Assembly (NCBI RefSeq): GCF_006345805.1
Contig: NC_042997.1
Span: 13,640,001-13,704,000, forward strand
Direction of reading: 5' to 3'
DNA length: 64,000 nt
Origin: Octopus sinensis
Taxonomy: Eukaryota
The notes beneath the pieces were generated by a model, which ran no database searches, was not told the origin of the DNA, and saw nothing but the letters and a program-made list of their open reading frames with translations. Both the position numbers and the translations under genes were made by a program. This document shows positions 38,893 to 51,284 of this stretch, in pieces; position 1 is the stretch's first letter; each line of letters begins with the position of its first letter.

Positions 38893-39358
38893 TAAAGGTA
38901 CACCAGGCACATGCATCACAACCATATGTGCGCGACATGGTGATCTCATATCAAGATAAACAGCACATGACCTTGCAGGTGGGGCCAGTTAGAATTTTCT
39001 TCAGGTTGAGTAGCCCATCCCGCTCAAACGGTCCTGAATAAGGGTTGTTTAAGGATGTTGAAAGAACCACCCATGTTTCCAGAGGTGAACTATTCAAACC
39101 CCAAAGAATCCCTCTCAACACATGGCTATGATGCTCCCCCACTACTTCTGCTCGTGATCAGAGATGCACATATCGTCAGCACTAAGGGACATGCTCAACT
39201 GGTTATGGTCAAACAACTGACAAGCAAATCTGTGGTATTGAGCGAATATTTGCTGTAGCCATCTTTTATACCAAGACAAAACAATGTACATGATAACACT
39301 TCCAATCAGTTAAGATCAGAAGCCATGAGAGCCACTGCCTGGTACTGCATCAGGGCAA
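38893..39358. mobile_element. Unclassified interspersed repeat ending at (ATT)n
   Basis: GC-richer non-coding block with sharp ends, abutting an (ATT)n run; looks like a retroelement UTR, class not determined. Confidence 0.4.
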
Positions 39359-39450
39359 TTATTATTATATTATTGTTGTTATTATTATTATTGTTATTAT
39401 TATTATTATTATCATTATTATTATAATTATTGTTGTTGTTGTTGTTGTTG

Positions 39451-39493
<43 letters not shown>

Positions 39494-39792
39494 TATCATT
39501 CTTCTTCTTCTCCTTCTTCTTCAGCTCCTCTTTTACATCACTTTTCATTTGTTCTTCTCATTCTTCTTCATCCTCATCTCATTTTAATCAATTTTTATAT
39601 CGTCTCCTATTCCCCTTCTTCTTGCTCTTACTGTTGTTGTTGATGTTGTTGTTGTTGTTGTGTTGTTCTTGTTCTTGTTCTTCTTCTTCTTCTTCTTCTC
39701 TTCTTCTTCTTCTTCTTCTTCTTCTTCTTCTTCTAACAGACAGACAGACTAACAGACAAGTGCTCAGGTAGACGGGCAGACAGGTGGATAGG

Positions 39793-39824
<32 letters not shown>

Positions 39825-39918
39825 TAGATAGATAGATAGATAGATACATACATACATACATACATGCATACATACATACATACATACATACATACATACA
39901 TACATACATACATACATA
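39359..39918. repeat. Compound (ATT)(GTT)(TTC)(GACA)(GATA)(CATA) microsatellite
   Basis: Read directly. Confidence 0.95.
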
Positions 39919-40044
39919 GAGTTATTGGAATATATTTATCTTGTGTATATACACTTATATCAAGCGATTAGCCTGAACTAACATTGCTGCACATGCATAC
40001 AAATACTGATTACATCATGTTTGTTCGTGTGTGTGTGTGTATGA

Positions 40045-40086
<42 letters not shown>

Positions 40087-40909
40087 ATGCGTGTGTGTGT
40101 GTGTGCGAACACGTATCTATTTGCGTGTGTATATTTCTGTATTGGAAACCTAGAGGGCATACTTATGGCGAAACAATTCTACAGGCTATATTCATTACAG
40201 TCCGGCACAATTCCAAATCTGAGTTTACCTCGGGATATTCTCGACGTTTAATGTTTCTTTTAATTCTTCGCACTAAATTCTGCGATACCACTTCGTATTT
40301 CAGCTATACTGCACATTTTTGAGCAATAGTCCTTTAATGCCGCAACAGAATCTGGATAATTTCCAATCAACAATGGAGAAAATTGAGAACTAACAACGGA
40401 TATGAACGTCACTAACGCATGCGCATAAAATATCTTGCAGACATATTTGCATGAATTCAACAAACACTATTTAGACATGAATAGCTTTCATGCAAAGCAT
40501 TTCCCCTAAAGGAAATATTTCTAGAGTAAAAAAACCCTACAAAAACAAAAAAAGAAGCGAATGAATGAATAAGAAAATACCGAAAGAATATAGTGAGAGA
40601 AAAAATAGTATAAAAACGATGGTGGATCACAATATAAAAATTAGTTGACATTTCGAATAAGTAATTTTTTTTTTCATAGCCGTGAGATATTCTTATTGCA
40701 ATTTCATTGTTGATACTTCGTTGCTAAATACAAAAAATAAATGAATGATACACTCACAAAAACACAGAAGACAAGAGCAAAATCACGCATCCAAGTTTGT
40801 AGCAATACGTTATTTTGTGTGTGTGTGTGTGCGTATGGTAGTGTGAGCGCGCACTCTGGTAGTAATATACCTACATATATATATATAAATATATATATAT
40901 ATATGTATG

Positions 40910-40994
<85 letters not shown>

Positions 40995-40997
40995 ATG

Positions 40998-41035
<38 letters not shown>

Positions 41036-41148
41036 CATATATACATACATAAAAATATACATATACAGACTCATACACACATACATATATATATGCATTT
41101 ACATACATATACATACATACATACATACATACATACATGCATATATAT

Positions 41149-41179
<31 letters not shown>

Positions 41180-41629
41180 CATATAACTTTGTATGTGTGA
41201 TTTATAAAAGTGTTCATTGACCGTAAGCTCTAAACTTTCTCCTCCACATGTTCCTTCGAGCGAATTCTATCAACTCCGATTACACTACAAATAAGTAAAA
41301 TAATGTTTTCACAATAGCTGATGCTTTACTGACTAGATTTTTCGAAATCATACTTATAATACGCGCATACACAGGCGAGCGAGCGAGCACACACAAACAC
41401 ATACGTATGCACGCACGATCATATTCACACAGCTACATAAGTCAGTGTCAATAATATTCTTGTTTAACAATAATAAATTTGTACTCTACAAAAGTATATG
41501 ATAACCCATCAGATTAATCTAAAATTGTCTTTATTATAACTGAACATAAAATGAAACTAACACACACGTAAATACATATACATACATATGTGTGTATAGT
41601 GTTTAAAGGGGTGTACAGATATTGTATGT

Positions 41630-41805
41630 TAAGCAAAAGTAGGCAATCAGAATTTTGGATAATTCCTTATTAGCGCTTTCGTTCGTTTATCCGGACTCTC
41701 CAAGAAACATAAAAAATTCGTTTTAATTCTTCTTGAAGAGTTCGGTTAATCGAACGAAAGCGCCAATAAAGAATTATCCACAATTCTGACTGCTTCTTTT
41801 TGGTT
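41630..41805. repeat. Inverted repeat made of two degenerate hammerhead units (family F2)
   Basis: Core arms 41648-41706 and 41730-41788. Read outward, each is UUG(A/G)AGA-GU(U/C)CG-loop-CGAAC-GAAA-GCGC-(U/C)A. Confidence 0.7.
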
Positions 41806-41873
41806 AATATGTATATATAATCGCTATTTCCAGTAAATATCGGTACTTAGTTCTGCCATTTATTTACTAATTT

Positions 41874-41906
<33 letters not shown>

Positions 41907-41924
41907 AACATATATATATATATA

Positions 41925-42286
41925 TGTTTCAGTCATTTTACTGTGGCTATGCTGGAGCACCGCCTTTAGTCGAGCAAATCGACCCCAGGACTTATTCTTT
42001 GTAAGCCTAGTAGTTATTCTATCGCTCTCTTTTGCCGAACCGCTAAGTTACGGGGACGTAAACAGACCACCATCGGTTGTCAAGCGATGTTGGGCGGACA
42101 AACACAAACACACAAACATATACACATACAAATACACATATATGCATATATACGACGGGCTTCTTTCATTTTCCGTCTACCGAATCCACTCATAAGGCTT
42201 TGGTCGGCCCGAGGATATAGTAGAAGACACTTGCTCAAGTTGCCATGTGGTTCGTAAGCAAGCTACTTACCACACAGCCACTCCTG
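41925..42286 (-). mobile_element. SINE family A with B-box deletion
   Basis: At about 42245 the segment acgcagtgggactgaacccggaacc (B box) seen in other copies is missing. Confidence 0.9.
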
Positions 42287-42452
42287 CTCTAAGTATTCAG
42301 AAATCCATTGTTTTCGAAAATATTTCATTCACTCGAAACACGTCATCGGGTCAATTCACCTGCTATTTTTGTTGCAGTTGTTACTTAGACTACGTCACTT
42401 CTGTTGACAAATAATAGTCCAACTGTTCATGGCATCTATTTATGTGTATGTG

Positions 42453-42483
<31 letters not shown>

Positions 42484-42807
42484 CTCTGTGTGTGCGTGTG
42501 TGTGTGGGTGTGGGTGGGTGGGGGGTGTGTGTGTTTGTGTGCTCTCGAATGCATCTAATTATTAGGAATCTCAAAATAATAATCACATTTTATATATGTA
42601 GTTTTTCAATTGCTATAAATATTATTTTAAGAAAATCCATATTTGAAAACAAACATATTTTAGAACAAATTAAACATCCTCTATATCGACATTAAATCCG
42701 GTGTTTTTTTTTAAGTCATACTATGCAATGCTTGTTATTAATACTTAACCTGTCATAAAATGGGTAAATTTGAACTTAGACTTTGCCACTGTGGTTGATA
42801 TCAGGAA

Positions 42808-43050
42808 ATTGTCCCGAGGGAGATCAAAGAGGTAAAGGATCCCATCAACTTTAAACGGAGTCTGGATAGATTCCTTCAAAGAATACCAGATAAGCCACCC
42901 ATAATTGGATACAACTCACCCAACAAGAACTCACTACTTAAACAAAACTTGACTTAAACAGGATTCGAATAATCCTATCAGGTGGAGCTATTAAGTTAGA
43001 CATGGCCTGGACCAATCTTTGGTCGAAACGTATCTAAGTTATCTAAGTTA
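42808..43050 (+). mobile_element. CR1/L2-group LINE 3' end
   Basis: EIVPREIKEVKDPINFKRSLDRFLQRIPDKPPIIGYNSPNKNSLL; 3'UTR stem-loop gaccaa-tct-ttggtc and atctaagtt x2 tail. Confidence 0.75.
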
Positions 43051-43235
43051 TGTTATAATATAATTATACTTCAATCAAATTTTTATACTTATACAAATGA
43101 TGAAATGAATATTAATTTTGAAACGAAATAACTTGCCACTTAACATTTATATATGTATGCATACATGTGTGTTTGTATACGGGTATGTACCTGTGTATGC
43201 GCCTTTGCGCTTTTGCATGCGTGTATGTATGACCC

Positions 43236-43567
43236 TGCCTCAGTAAAGCTGAACTCAAGAGTCATCTTCGTAGTCATAAAGCGAGATAGATTAGTGACAA
43301 CCTGGCCACTGGTGGTGGTGTTACACACCATACTATTCATATCTGTCAGGCATGTGGAAGAGAGTGTAATTCGGCGGGAAGACTTAAATGGCATGCAACC
43401 CAGTTACAACTACAGCCGGCTCTTTGCCGGTTAGGGTTTTAGCTGCCAATTCTGTACAAGTCATTGTAAATCTTTAGCCGGGCTAAAAAGTCACATTCGA
43501 TCACAGCACCAATAACAGTTAATCTTCGTGCAATGGCCATACGCGATAACGAGGGGGCAGCCATCAT
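43236..43567 (+). mobile_element. RTE-type LINE 3' end with C2H2-like zinc-finger repeats
   Basis: CLSKAELKSHLRSH / CQACGRECNSAGRLKWH / CQFCTSHCKSLAGLKSHIRSQHQ* (TAA 43513-43515), then tail gcaatggccatacgcgataacgagggggcagcca. Confidence 0.7.
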
Positions 43568-44638
43568 ACGGGAGTGATTTTATGAGTGTATATGTAGGTA
43601 TGTGCATTCTGTGTATTTTGATATGTTCATATATTTGTGTGTGAATATTTATACGAAGGCGCACACGTTTTTTTGTTTCTTCTTCAATGTGTCTGTATCT
43701 ATTCACATTTTACTTTTTAAAATTTCACTCTTTATATCAGATATCAATATATTTATCCTTTGAAAGGTCGACCAGACACCTAGATGCCACCTACTTCCTA
43801 GCCAGCCACACAGTCCAAGAAATTATCCTTTCTAATGCATCTGATGCCACTGGAATGCTGAGTTTACTTCTAACAACATCACGTGACACGCTTTGCTAAA
43901 TATCAGTCCATTTTCCAGTAGCTTGCTGGGGTTGCCTGCTGGAGACTACGGCATGTATTAAAAGGGAAAAAATTTGACAAGTCAGTCAAGGGCCGGCTGA
44001 CACTCATTGACGCTACAACGAAGAGGAACAGAAGAAAGAAGAAAGAAGACATGTACCCAATACCAGAGCTGAAGACACCTCCGAAAGTGGGGGTTGCCAC
44101 GGCATAATGGTAGAGGAGTAGGGACCGAAACCGGACGGTCGTTCCTCCTGATGATGTCTTGAGCTAACTGGATCCTATAAAGGAGCTGTTATGGTAGCAG
44201 ACCACGAAACACGGTTGTAATTCCCCTTGGACATCCTGTATTCTTCCATTCGGTTATATGAACCTGAACGAGCTAGGTTTCTGTTAGAGGTCTGCGAGAC
44301 TTTAGCGCGCTTAGAACCGAATGAAACTATTAAAAAAAATATACATATATTGTGAGGAGAAATAGAAAAAATAGAAAGATTGAAGATAGATGGAAAATAC
44401 ATGATTGCACTTCACATAGCACATCTAATTCTTCTATACTGTAGATGTTTATCACAAAAATGCTCTATTAAGTACTTTTGTGATTAATGGCTTAAATTAA
44501 ATCAGTGCTATGACAACATCTACGTAAAAATCAGGATGGAAATTGAAGAACTTCGAATATGCAATGAAAGCAAATTAACTATGTGTGTACTAAATTTAGA
44601 CAGTAAGTGTGAGTGTGCATGAAAAATATATATATAAG

Positions 44639-44680
<42 letters not shown>

Positions 44681-45034
44681 TATATATATACATATATATT
44701 CAGACATATATTTAAATATATACATATATGTATATATTATATGTATGAATATATAATATATATAAATTCGCATATATGCAACTACCTACGCACACAATAT
44801 TTACATAATACATAAGTGTACATACATGTATATGTATGCGTTTTGATGATGGCTCTTATAAGACTACTTGTGTTTCTCTCTCTCTAGAATATACCTGAAA
44901 GCTAAGAAAATTTCTAAAATGAGTGAAGTACAAGCCATCACCTAAATAAACAAGTATTTCCACTCTACGTTAGATATTGAGCACTTCGCCGGAAACTATG
45001 TCTCCGGATTTTTTTTAAACTAGAACATACAACA

Positions 45035-45138
<104 letters not shown>

Positions 45139-45648
45139 ATAGAGAAGAGAGGTACTAGAAAAATGTTTACATGTAGAACAAACTGTTTGAGAATTAATAT
45201 CAAACGAAGCCGCTGGCAGAATTTGAGACAAATTTATCATGTTTACTAGGAAAACATGTTACTTTTCTTACCTATTTAATGTCAAAGCAAAATATGCAAG
45301 ACTTTCTGCGTTAGTTTTGTTTCACATTGGCGCGGAGACAACTGGTTTTATCTAGAATTTTCTATTTACACTTTACAATTTCTATCGCAATTGTGCACCA
45401 TAGCTAGTTTTACCATAACAATTTAATGTTTGATGCGAAATAACTCAAATTACTATGAATGAATTAGAAGCTACCCACTAATTCGAATCACAATAATATC
45501 AAACGCCTAGTGTTTATAAAGCAAGGATTTGGTATCAGTGCAAAGATACATATGCGAGTGAGTGAGTGTGCACATATGAGTATGCACATATATAACTTAT
45601 ATATATATATATATATTGGAATATATATATATATATATATATATAAAA

Positions 45649-45879
45649 GGCGGCGAGCTGGCAGAAACGTTAGCACGCCGCGCGAAATGCGTAGCCGTAT
45701 TTCGTCTGCCGTTACGTTCTAAGTTCAAATTCCGTCGAGGTCGACTTTGCCTTTCATCCTTTCGGGGTCGATAAATTAAGTACCAGTTACGCACTGGGAT
45801 CGATGTAATCGACTTAATCCGTTTGACTGTCCTTGTTTGTCTCCACTGTGTTTAGCCCCTTGTGGGTAGTAAAGAAATA
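45649..45879 (+). mobile_element. SINE family B, full length
   Basis: ggcggcgagctggcagaaacgttagcacg...agttcaaattcc (B box)...agtaaagaaata. Confidence 0.9.
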
Positions 45880-45916
45880 TATATATATATATATATATGC
45901 ACACACACACACACAC

Positions 45917-46084
45917 ACAAATGAGAGGGATGACCACTATGTGGACAACCCTTATGCTAGAAGTATATCCGGTATGGTCTTACCACTAAGAAACGTGTCT
46001 TGAGAACATTTCTTTGTGGTAAGACCTTAGCGGATCTACTTCTGGTTAAGGGTTGTCCACATAGTCGTCATCCCTCTCATTTGT
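45917..46084. repeat. 168-bp near-perfect palindrome (hairpin)
   Basis: acaaatgagagggatgac.actatgtggacaaccctta...taagggttgtccacatagt.gtcatccctctcatttgt; arms of about 80 nt with scattered mismatches and almost no loop. Confidence 0.92.
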
Positions 46085-46205
46085 ATATAACACAGCTTAC
46101 TGAACCTTCGGATTTTATATGCTAGAGCACTCGTGTTAAATTGATGTTAATTTAATTAAATTAATATCCAATTTCTCACCCTTATTTTAAATTTATACAT
46201 ATATA

Positions 46206-46612
46206 GGCGCAGGAGTGCCTGTGTGGTAAGTAGCTTGCTTACCAACCACATGGTTCCAGGTTCAGTCCCACTGCGTGGCACCTTGGGCAAGTGTCTTCTA
46301 CTATAGCCTCGGGCCGATGAAAGCCTTGTGAGTGGATTTGGTAGGCAGAAACTGAAAGAAGCCCGTCGTATATATGTATATATATGTGTGTGTGCGTGTA
46401 TGTTTGTGTGTCTGTGTTTGTCCCCCTAGCATTTCATGACAACCGATGCTGGTGTGTTGATGTCCCCGTCACTTAGCGGTTCGGCAAAAGAGACTGATAG
46501 AATAAGTACTGGGCTTACAAATAATTAATCCCGGGGTCGAGTTGCTCGACTAAAGGCTGTGCTCTAGCATGGCCGCAGTCAAATGACTGAAACAAGTAAA
46601 AGAGTAAAAGAG
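46206..46612 (+). mobile_element. SINE family A, full length
   Basis: A-box-like head, B box ggttcagtccc, central microsatellite, taaaagag tail. Confidence 0.92.
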
Positions 46613-46639
46613 TATATATATATTATATATATATATTAT

Positions 46640-46905
46640 ATATATATATATAATAAATATTAGGGAATAAATCCAAATTTACAGGGGAAAATCAGATTTA
46701 GGATTGAATCCAATTTTATAGTAAAATATTATATAATATTAATTAGAGATAAAACCACTATTATGCAAATCAAACAAAGAAAGACTTAATCCAGTACATA
46801 AAAAATTTTATATAAATTAAATAAAATTAAGTTATCCACTACAATTGTTTCTTGTCACTTCTAAGGACATTCATCAGGTGGTTTTCAGACCTTCTATTCA
46901 ATTTT

Positions 46906-46910
<5 letters not shown>
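46640..46910 (-). mobile_element. Penelope-like pseudo-LTR remnant, family F3
   Basis: (TA)n on both sides; homologous to the reverse complement of 63305-63560; carries a hammerhead. Confidence 0.65.
46836..46881 (-). ncRNA. Minimal type-I hammerhead (F3), core intact
   Basis: ccac-CUGAUGA-AUGUC-loop-GACAA-GAAA-CAAUUG-UA|gugg: stem I ccac/gugg, palindromic ACAAUUGU, A-A mismatch at the base of stem II. Confidence 0.7.
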
Positions 46911-46946
<36 letters not shown>

Positions 46947-47202
46947 TCGGAATCACATGCACGCACACATTTTTATGTTGATTCACCGAGAAGCGATAGA
47001 TTACATAGCTCAATATGAGAAGGTAAAACTAGGTAAAAGGGACAATACTTCAAATTTCGTGGCACCGCATCCCTCAACAGACAATCTAAGTTACTTCTGG
47101 CGCAGGCATGTCTGTGTGTGTGTTTGTATGTGTACATCCTTGCGTGAGCTTATGTATGTGTCATTGTACACATATTTCTACTGAGTGGGAAAGAGAAAAC
47201 TA

Positions 47203-47367
47203 GTCGCAGGAGTGGCTGTGTGGTAAGTAGCTTGCTAACCAACCACATGGTTCTGGGTTCAGTACCACTGCGTGACACCTTGGGCAAGTGTCTTCTGCTA
47301 TAGCCTCGGACCGACCAATGCCTTGTGAGTGGATTTGGTAGATGGAAACTGAAAGAAGCATGTCGTA

Positions 47368-47401
<34 letters not shown>

Positions 47402-47636
47402 CGCGTGTGTGTGTTTATGCGTCTGTGTTTGTCCCCCTAGCATTGCTTGACAACCGATGCTGGGGTGTTTATGTCCCCGTTACTTAGCGGTTCGGCAAAA
47501 AGAGACCGATAGAATAAGTACTGGGCTTACGAAAAGAATAGGTCCCGGGGTCGAGTTGCTCGATTAAAGGCGGTGCTCAAGCATGGCCGCAGTCAAATGA
47601 CTGAAACAAGTAAAAGAGTAAAAAAAGTAAAAGAGT
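47203..47636 (+). mobile_element. SINE family A, full length
   Basis: As 46206-46612. Confidence 0.92.
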
Positions 47637-48745
47637 AGTCTTCATTGCCATTTCATAATGTTATTATTTATATACAAACGCATATATATTTATATGCACA
47701 GATTCACTCACATTCACACGTTTACACACATAAACACACGCGCACACACATAAAGATGAGCGTCTGTGTATATGTGTGTGTATGCGTGCGTGCGTATGGT
47801 TATAATGATATCTAGGATTGGTAATATTTTTATTCGGAGATTCACCAGGTTCTGCTGGAATTTTCCGTAATAAATCATAAGATCTTTAGACGCTTCCTAC
47901 ACACGCGTGTAGTCGTCTGTTTCCTGCCACGGTAAACATCACGCACGGTGTATAACTCCTTCTTTTCGTAAACTGCTTCGTTTGAGTCATCTGGATAGTA
48001 AATATTTTAGCTTATCTCTAATATATAAATAGAAATTTCAAAATAGGGCTACTAATTTAACAGATATTAAGGGAAATGGAAGAAAGAAGAGGATTGAATA
48101 AAGATTGGTTTATGAACATGAGCTTATTGACCTACATATTGACCTACCATAAAAGGCTAATATGAGTAAAATGAGACATACTTATCTACATGGCCGAAAC
48201 AGCTGTAAGATATAATCTATATTTATATTTATATTTACTTATATTTATATTCTCTTATATATATTCTACTTATTGTATAACATTACTCTTTTATGTACAC
48301 TTTTTATGTATACTCCTTTATGTACACTGTTTTGCTCTACTTTTTTATGTTTAACCCTATAGTTTCTTATGTGGTGGTTTAATAAAGTATGTGATTGAGT
48401 ATTATCTGGTAATTGATATTTGATTTAGATGTATTTCTCCATTTTCTTAATAATTTAAGTCAACTATATCCAGACTGATGTGAAAGGATCCATGTGAGAG
48501 TAAGAGAAACTTTAAATGCTGAGTTTGCATAAATTTGTGAGTTAATATAAGTGATATGCTAACGAATGGTTTTGGCGTTTTGCCCATACCTTCTTTATCA
48601 GATGACAAAACGCTATTCCAAAATTTGAATAGTAACTAGCTGAAGTGGCGACACATGCAGGTGATATTTTAATACTGTTCATTGAAATAAACTTCTCCAC
48701 CCTGTATAAATGAAATAACTAACGCTGTTCTATTTCTTCCGCAAG

Positions 48746-48884
48746 ATGCAATTACGCAAAATGGTGTTGCTATACTTCTTAATATGTCTGCAGGACATAT
48801 TGACGCTGTGATTTATGCGCCGTAGCTTGAAAGATCCATCTGTCATGTATATGTTGTTTCCTACGCTAATCTGAGTAGATACAG
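48746..48884 (+). other. Candidate non-coding (5'UTR-type) exon
   Basis: Branch-point ctaac 48719-48723, polypyrimidine tgttctatttcttcc, acceptor aag|, donor CAG|GTAACA; stops in all three frames. Confidence 0.3.
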
Positions 48885-49830
48885 GTAACATCGGTTTCGT
48901 ACATTAGTGATTCGACATTTGATGAATGGTGAAGTTTCTGGTGAAGTTTCTCTGCTTTTGATGTGAATTCTGTATCTGTGTGTTGGTAGTTTGTATGATC
49001 AACAATAATTCATATTCAAATAGCTGTTGAAAAATTTCGTTTAATAGTGTTGAACGAAAACTTTTAAGTAGTTTCTTGACACTAGTAAACACTTTTCGTC
49101 ATCTAAGAAATAAATATTAGCCTAAGAACAAAATAGATATTCACTTAGGGAAATTCGCAAAAGATATTCAGTCATATCCGACATGATAGATTTAAACTTC
49201 AACGAAAAAAAAATAATATAACAATATTTTGCAGGTATGATGATACAATTAAGGCTGTTGATTTTTCAGTTAATTTTCATCTAAATGAGCAGTTTTAAAC
49301 TTTAGTTCTAATTATGTTCTGGGGCGATATTTGTTTTATCTTCTGGTAGCGTTCCTAAATAGACGAATGCGAAGAAAACAAATCACGCAAGTTTTTAATT
49401 ACAAAAGTTAAACATCAATCAGTTCATTTATAATATATGTTGGAAATAATTACTTTCAACATTTTGAGAGAGAATCTAAAAGAGCGTCAGAGAAAGGAAG
49501 GGTGTGGAATAGTAAGAAGAGTAATGCAAGATAGAGATGTCATCATTTCCGACTAAGTTTGCTAAACATTCAATTCATTTGGCTTGGAAAAATAAAGATA
49601 TACAAATACCACAAAATGAATATCTTTAAAATACATTAAAAAAAAATATCCTCGTGATGAGAAAGCTAGCGATGGAACATGCAAAAAGACAAATATAAAT
49701 AACTATGAGTAAATGCTTGGGAAAAACCTTGCAGATGAAGGGACAGAAAGCGAAATTAAAGTAAAATACAGAAATTGAATGATGTAAATATACATGTTGA
49801 ATATATGTGAGGAGATAGACGTGAGTGACT

Positions 49831-49946
<116 letters not shown>

Positions 49947-50678
49947 ATGACTGAATTAAGCAATTAATGAATAAGTAGATTCGAAAACTAAGAAAGTAAT
50001 TATATCGGTGAGAAAGAGGGAATGAAAAAAATGCGGAGAGTAAGGGGGAAATTATTTGAAGAAGGAATTTATTCCATAGATTATGGGGCTTCGACTACTG
50101 ACCTACCAAATCGTTCAAAATAATTAGAATAAGCATTAATTACTGCATTGGAATAATGAAGGGACTGGAGTATATATTTCACGAATGGATTCCAATGGAA
50201 GGAAAAGAGACAATAATTTTGATATTGTTGTTTTGTTTTTGCTGTGGTATTGGCGAGAAATCCACGTTGGTTTCAAATTTTGGCACAAGGACAGAAATTT
50301 GGAGACAAGGAGTACTCAAATGTTACCTTTACATCAAATCGGTAAGATTCGAATTTAGAAGGTAAAAGGCTGGAACAAAAGTCGCAAAGCATTTTCTTCC
50401 AACGCTCGTTGCCTCATAGCCGTATTAAATTATAATTCGTTTTGCAGTGTTATATTCATGAGATACTTGTTAAATCATATTTATCTTATGATTTACCTAT
50501 TATGATAATTATGCATTGTGAAAAATTTAAAAAGCACTATTAACGACTTAAACGATGCAAGGTATGATGCTAAGATAATACAAAGAACTGTTTGCCAAAT
50601 AACATATCAGATCACTACCGGTTGCCGCTTGAGACGAGCAAAGATGTCATCCGCCGAAAGTAGGGAATCACCAACAAA

Positions 50679-50776
50679 ATGGTGGATGCAGCGACGTGTT
50701 ATTACAGCACATGCCCCATACTACTACTGCTACTATGTTGTATAGCAGAGGCTTCTATACAGCGGATAGCTCACAA
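50679..50776 (+). CDS. Candidate first coding exon encoding a signal-peptide-like N-terminus
   Basis: acaaaATGG context, upstream in-frame TAG, MVDAATCYYSTCPILLLLLCCIAEASIQRIAH (hydrophobic core, A-E-A), donor AA|GTAAGC (phase 2). Confidence 0.4.
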
Positions 50777-50795
50777 GTAAGCTTAAGAAGAATGG

Positions 50796-51132
50796 TGAAG
50801 GCGCATGACTCGGTGGTTAGAGCATTGGGCTCACAATCATGAAGTAGTGAGTTCGATTCCCGGACCGGGCTGTGTGTTGTGTTCTTGAGCAAGACACTTT
50901 ATTTTTACGTTGCTCTTTTTCACTCAGCCGTAAAAATGAGTTGCAACGCACTAGTGCCAAGCTGTATCAGTGTTTGCCTTTCTCGTGGATAACATCAGTG
51001 GCATCTAGTGGGGAGGCTGGTATACTTGTAGGCGACTGCTGGTCTTCTATAAACAACCTTGCCCGGACTTGTGCCTCGGAGGGTAACTTTCTAGGAACAA
51101 TCCCATGGTTATTCATGACTAAAGGAGGTCTT
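50796..51132 (+). mobile_element. C-related tRNA-derived SINE with a different 3' body
   Basis: A-box-like gactcggtggt, B box gagttcgattcc, and the ttgtgttcttgagcaa core shared with family C. Confidence 0.8.
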
Positions 51133-51190
51133 TAATATATATATATACATACATATATATGTATGTATGCATATATATATATATATATAT

Positions 51191-51239
<49 letters not shown>

Positions 51240-51284
51240 AAGAGAGAGAGTGAAACAAATTGCTTTAAATCTCTCAGTCTGTGT

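Noticed and set aside
42990-43035. gaccaa-tct-ttggtc-GAAACGUA hammerhead-like half
   Set aside because: No CUGANGA upstream; better explained as the LINE 3'UTR stem-loop.
44120-44225. GAAA-CCG..CGG-UC followed by CUGAUGA (type-II-like order)
   Set aside because: Only 7 nt are available for stem I (1 bp) and there is a mismatch at the base of stem II; no viable fold.
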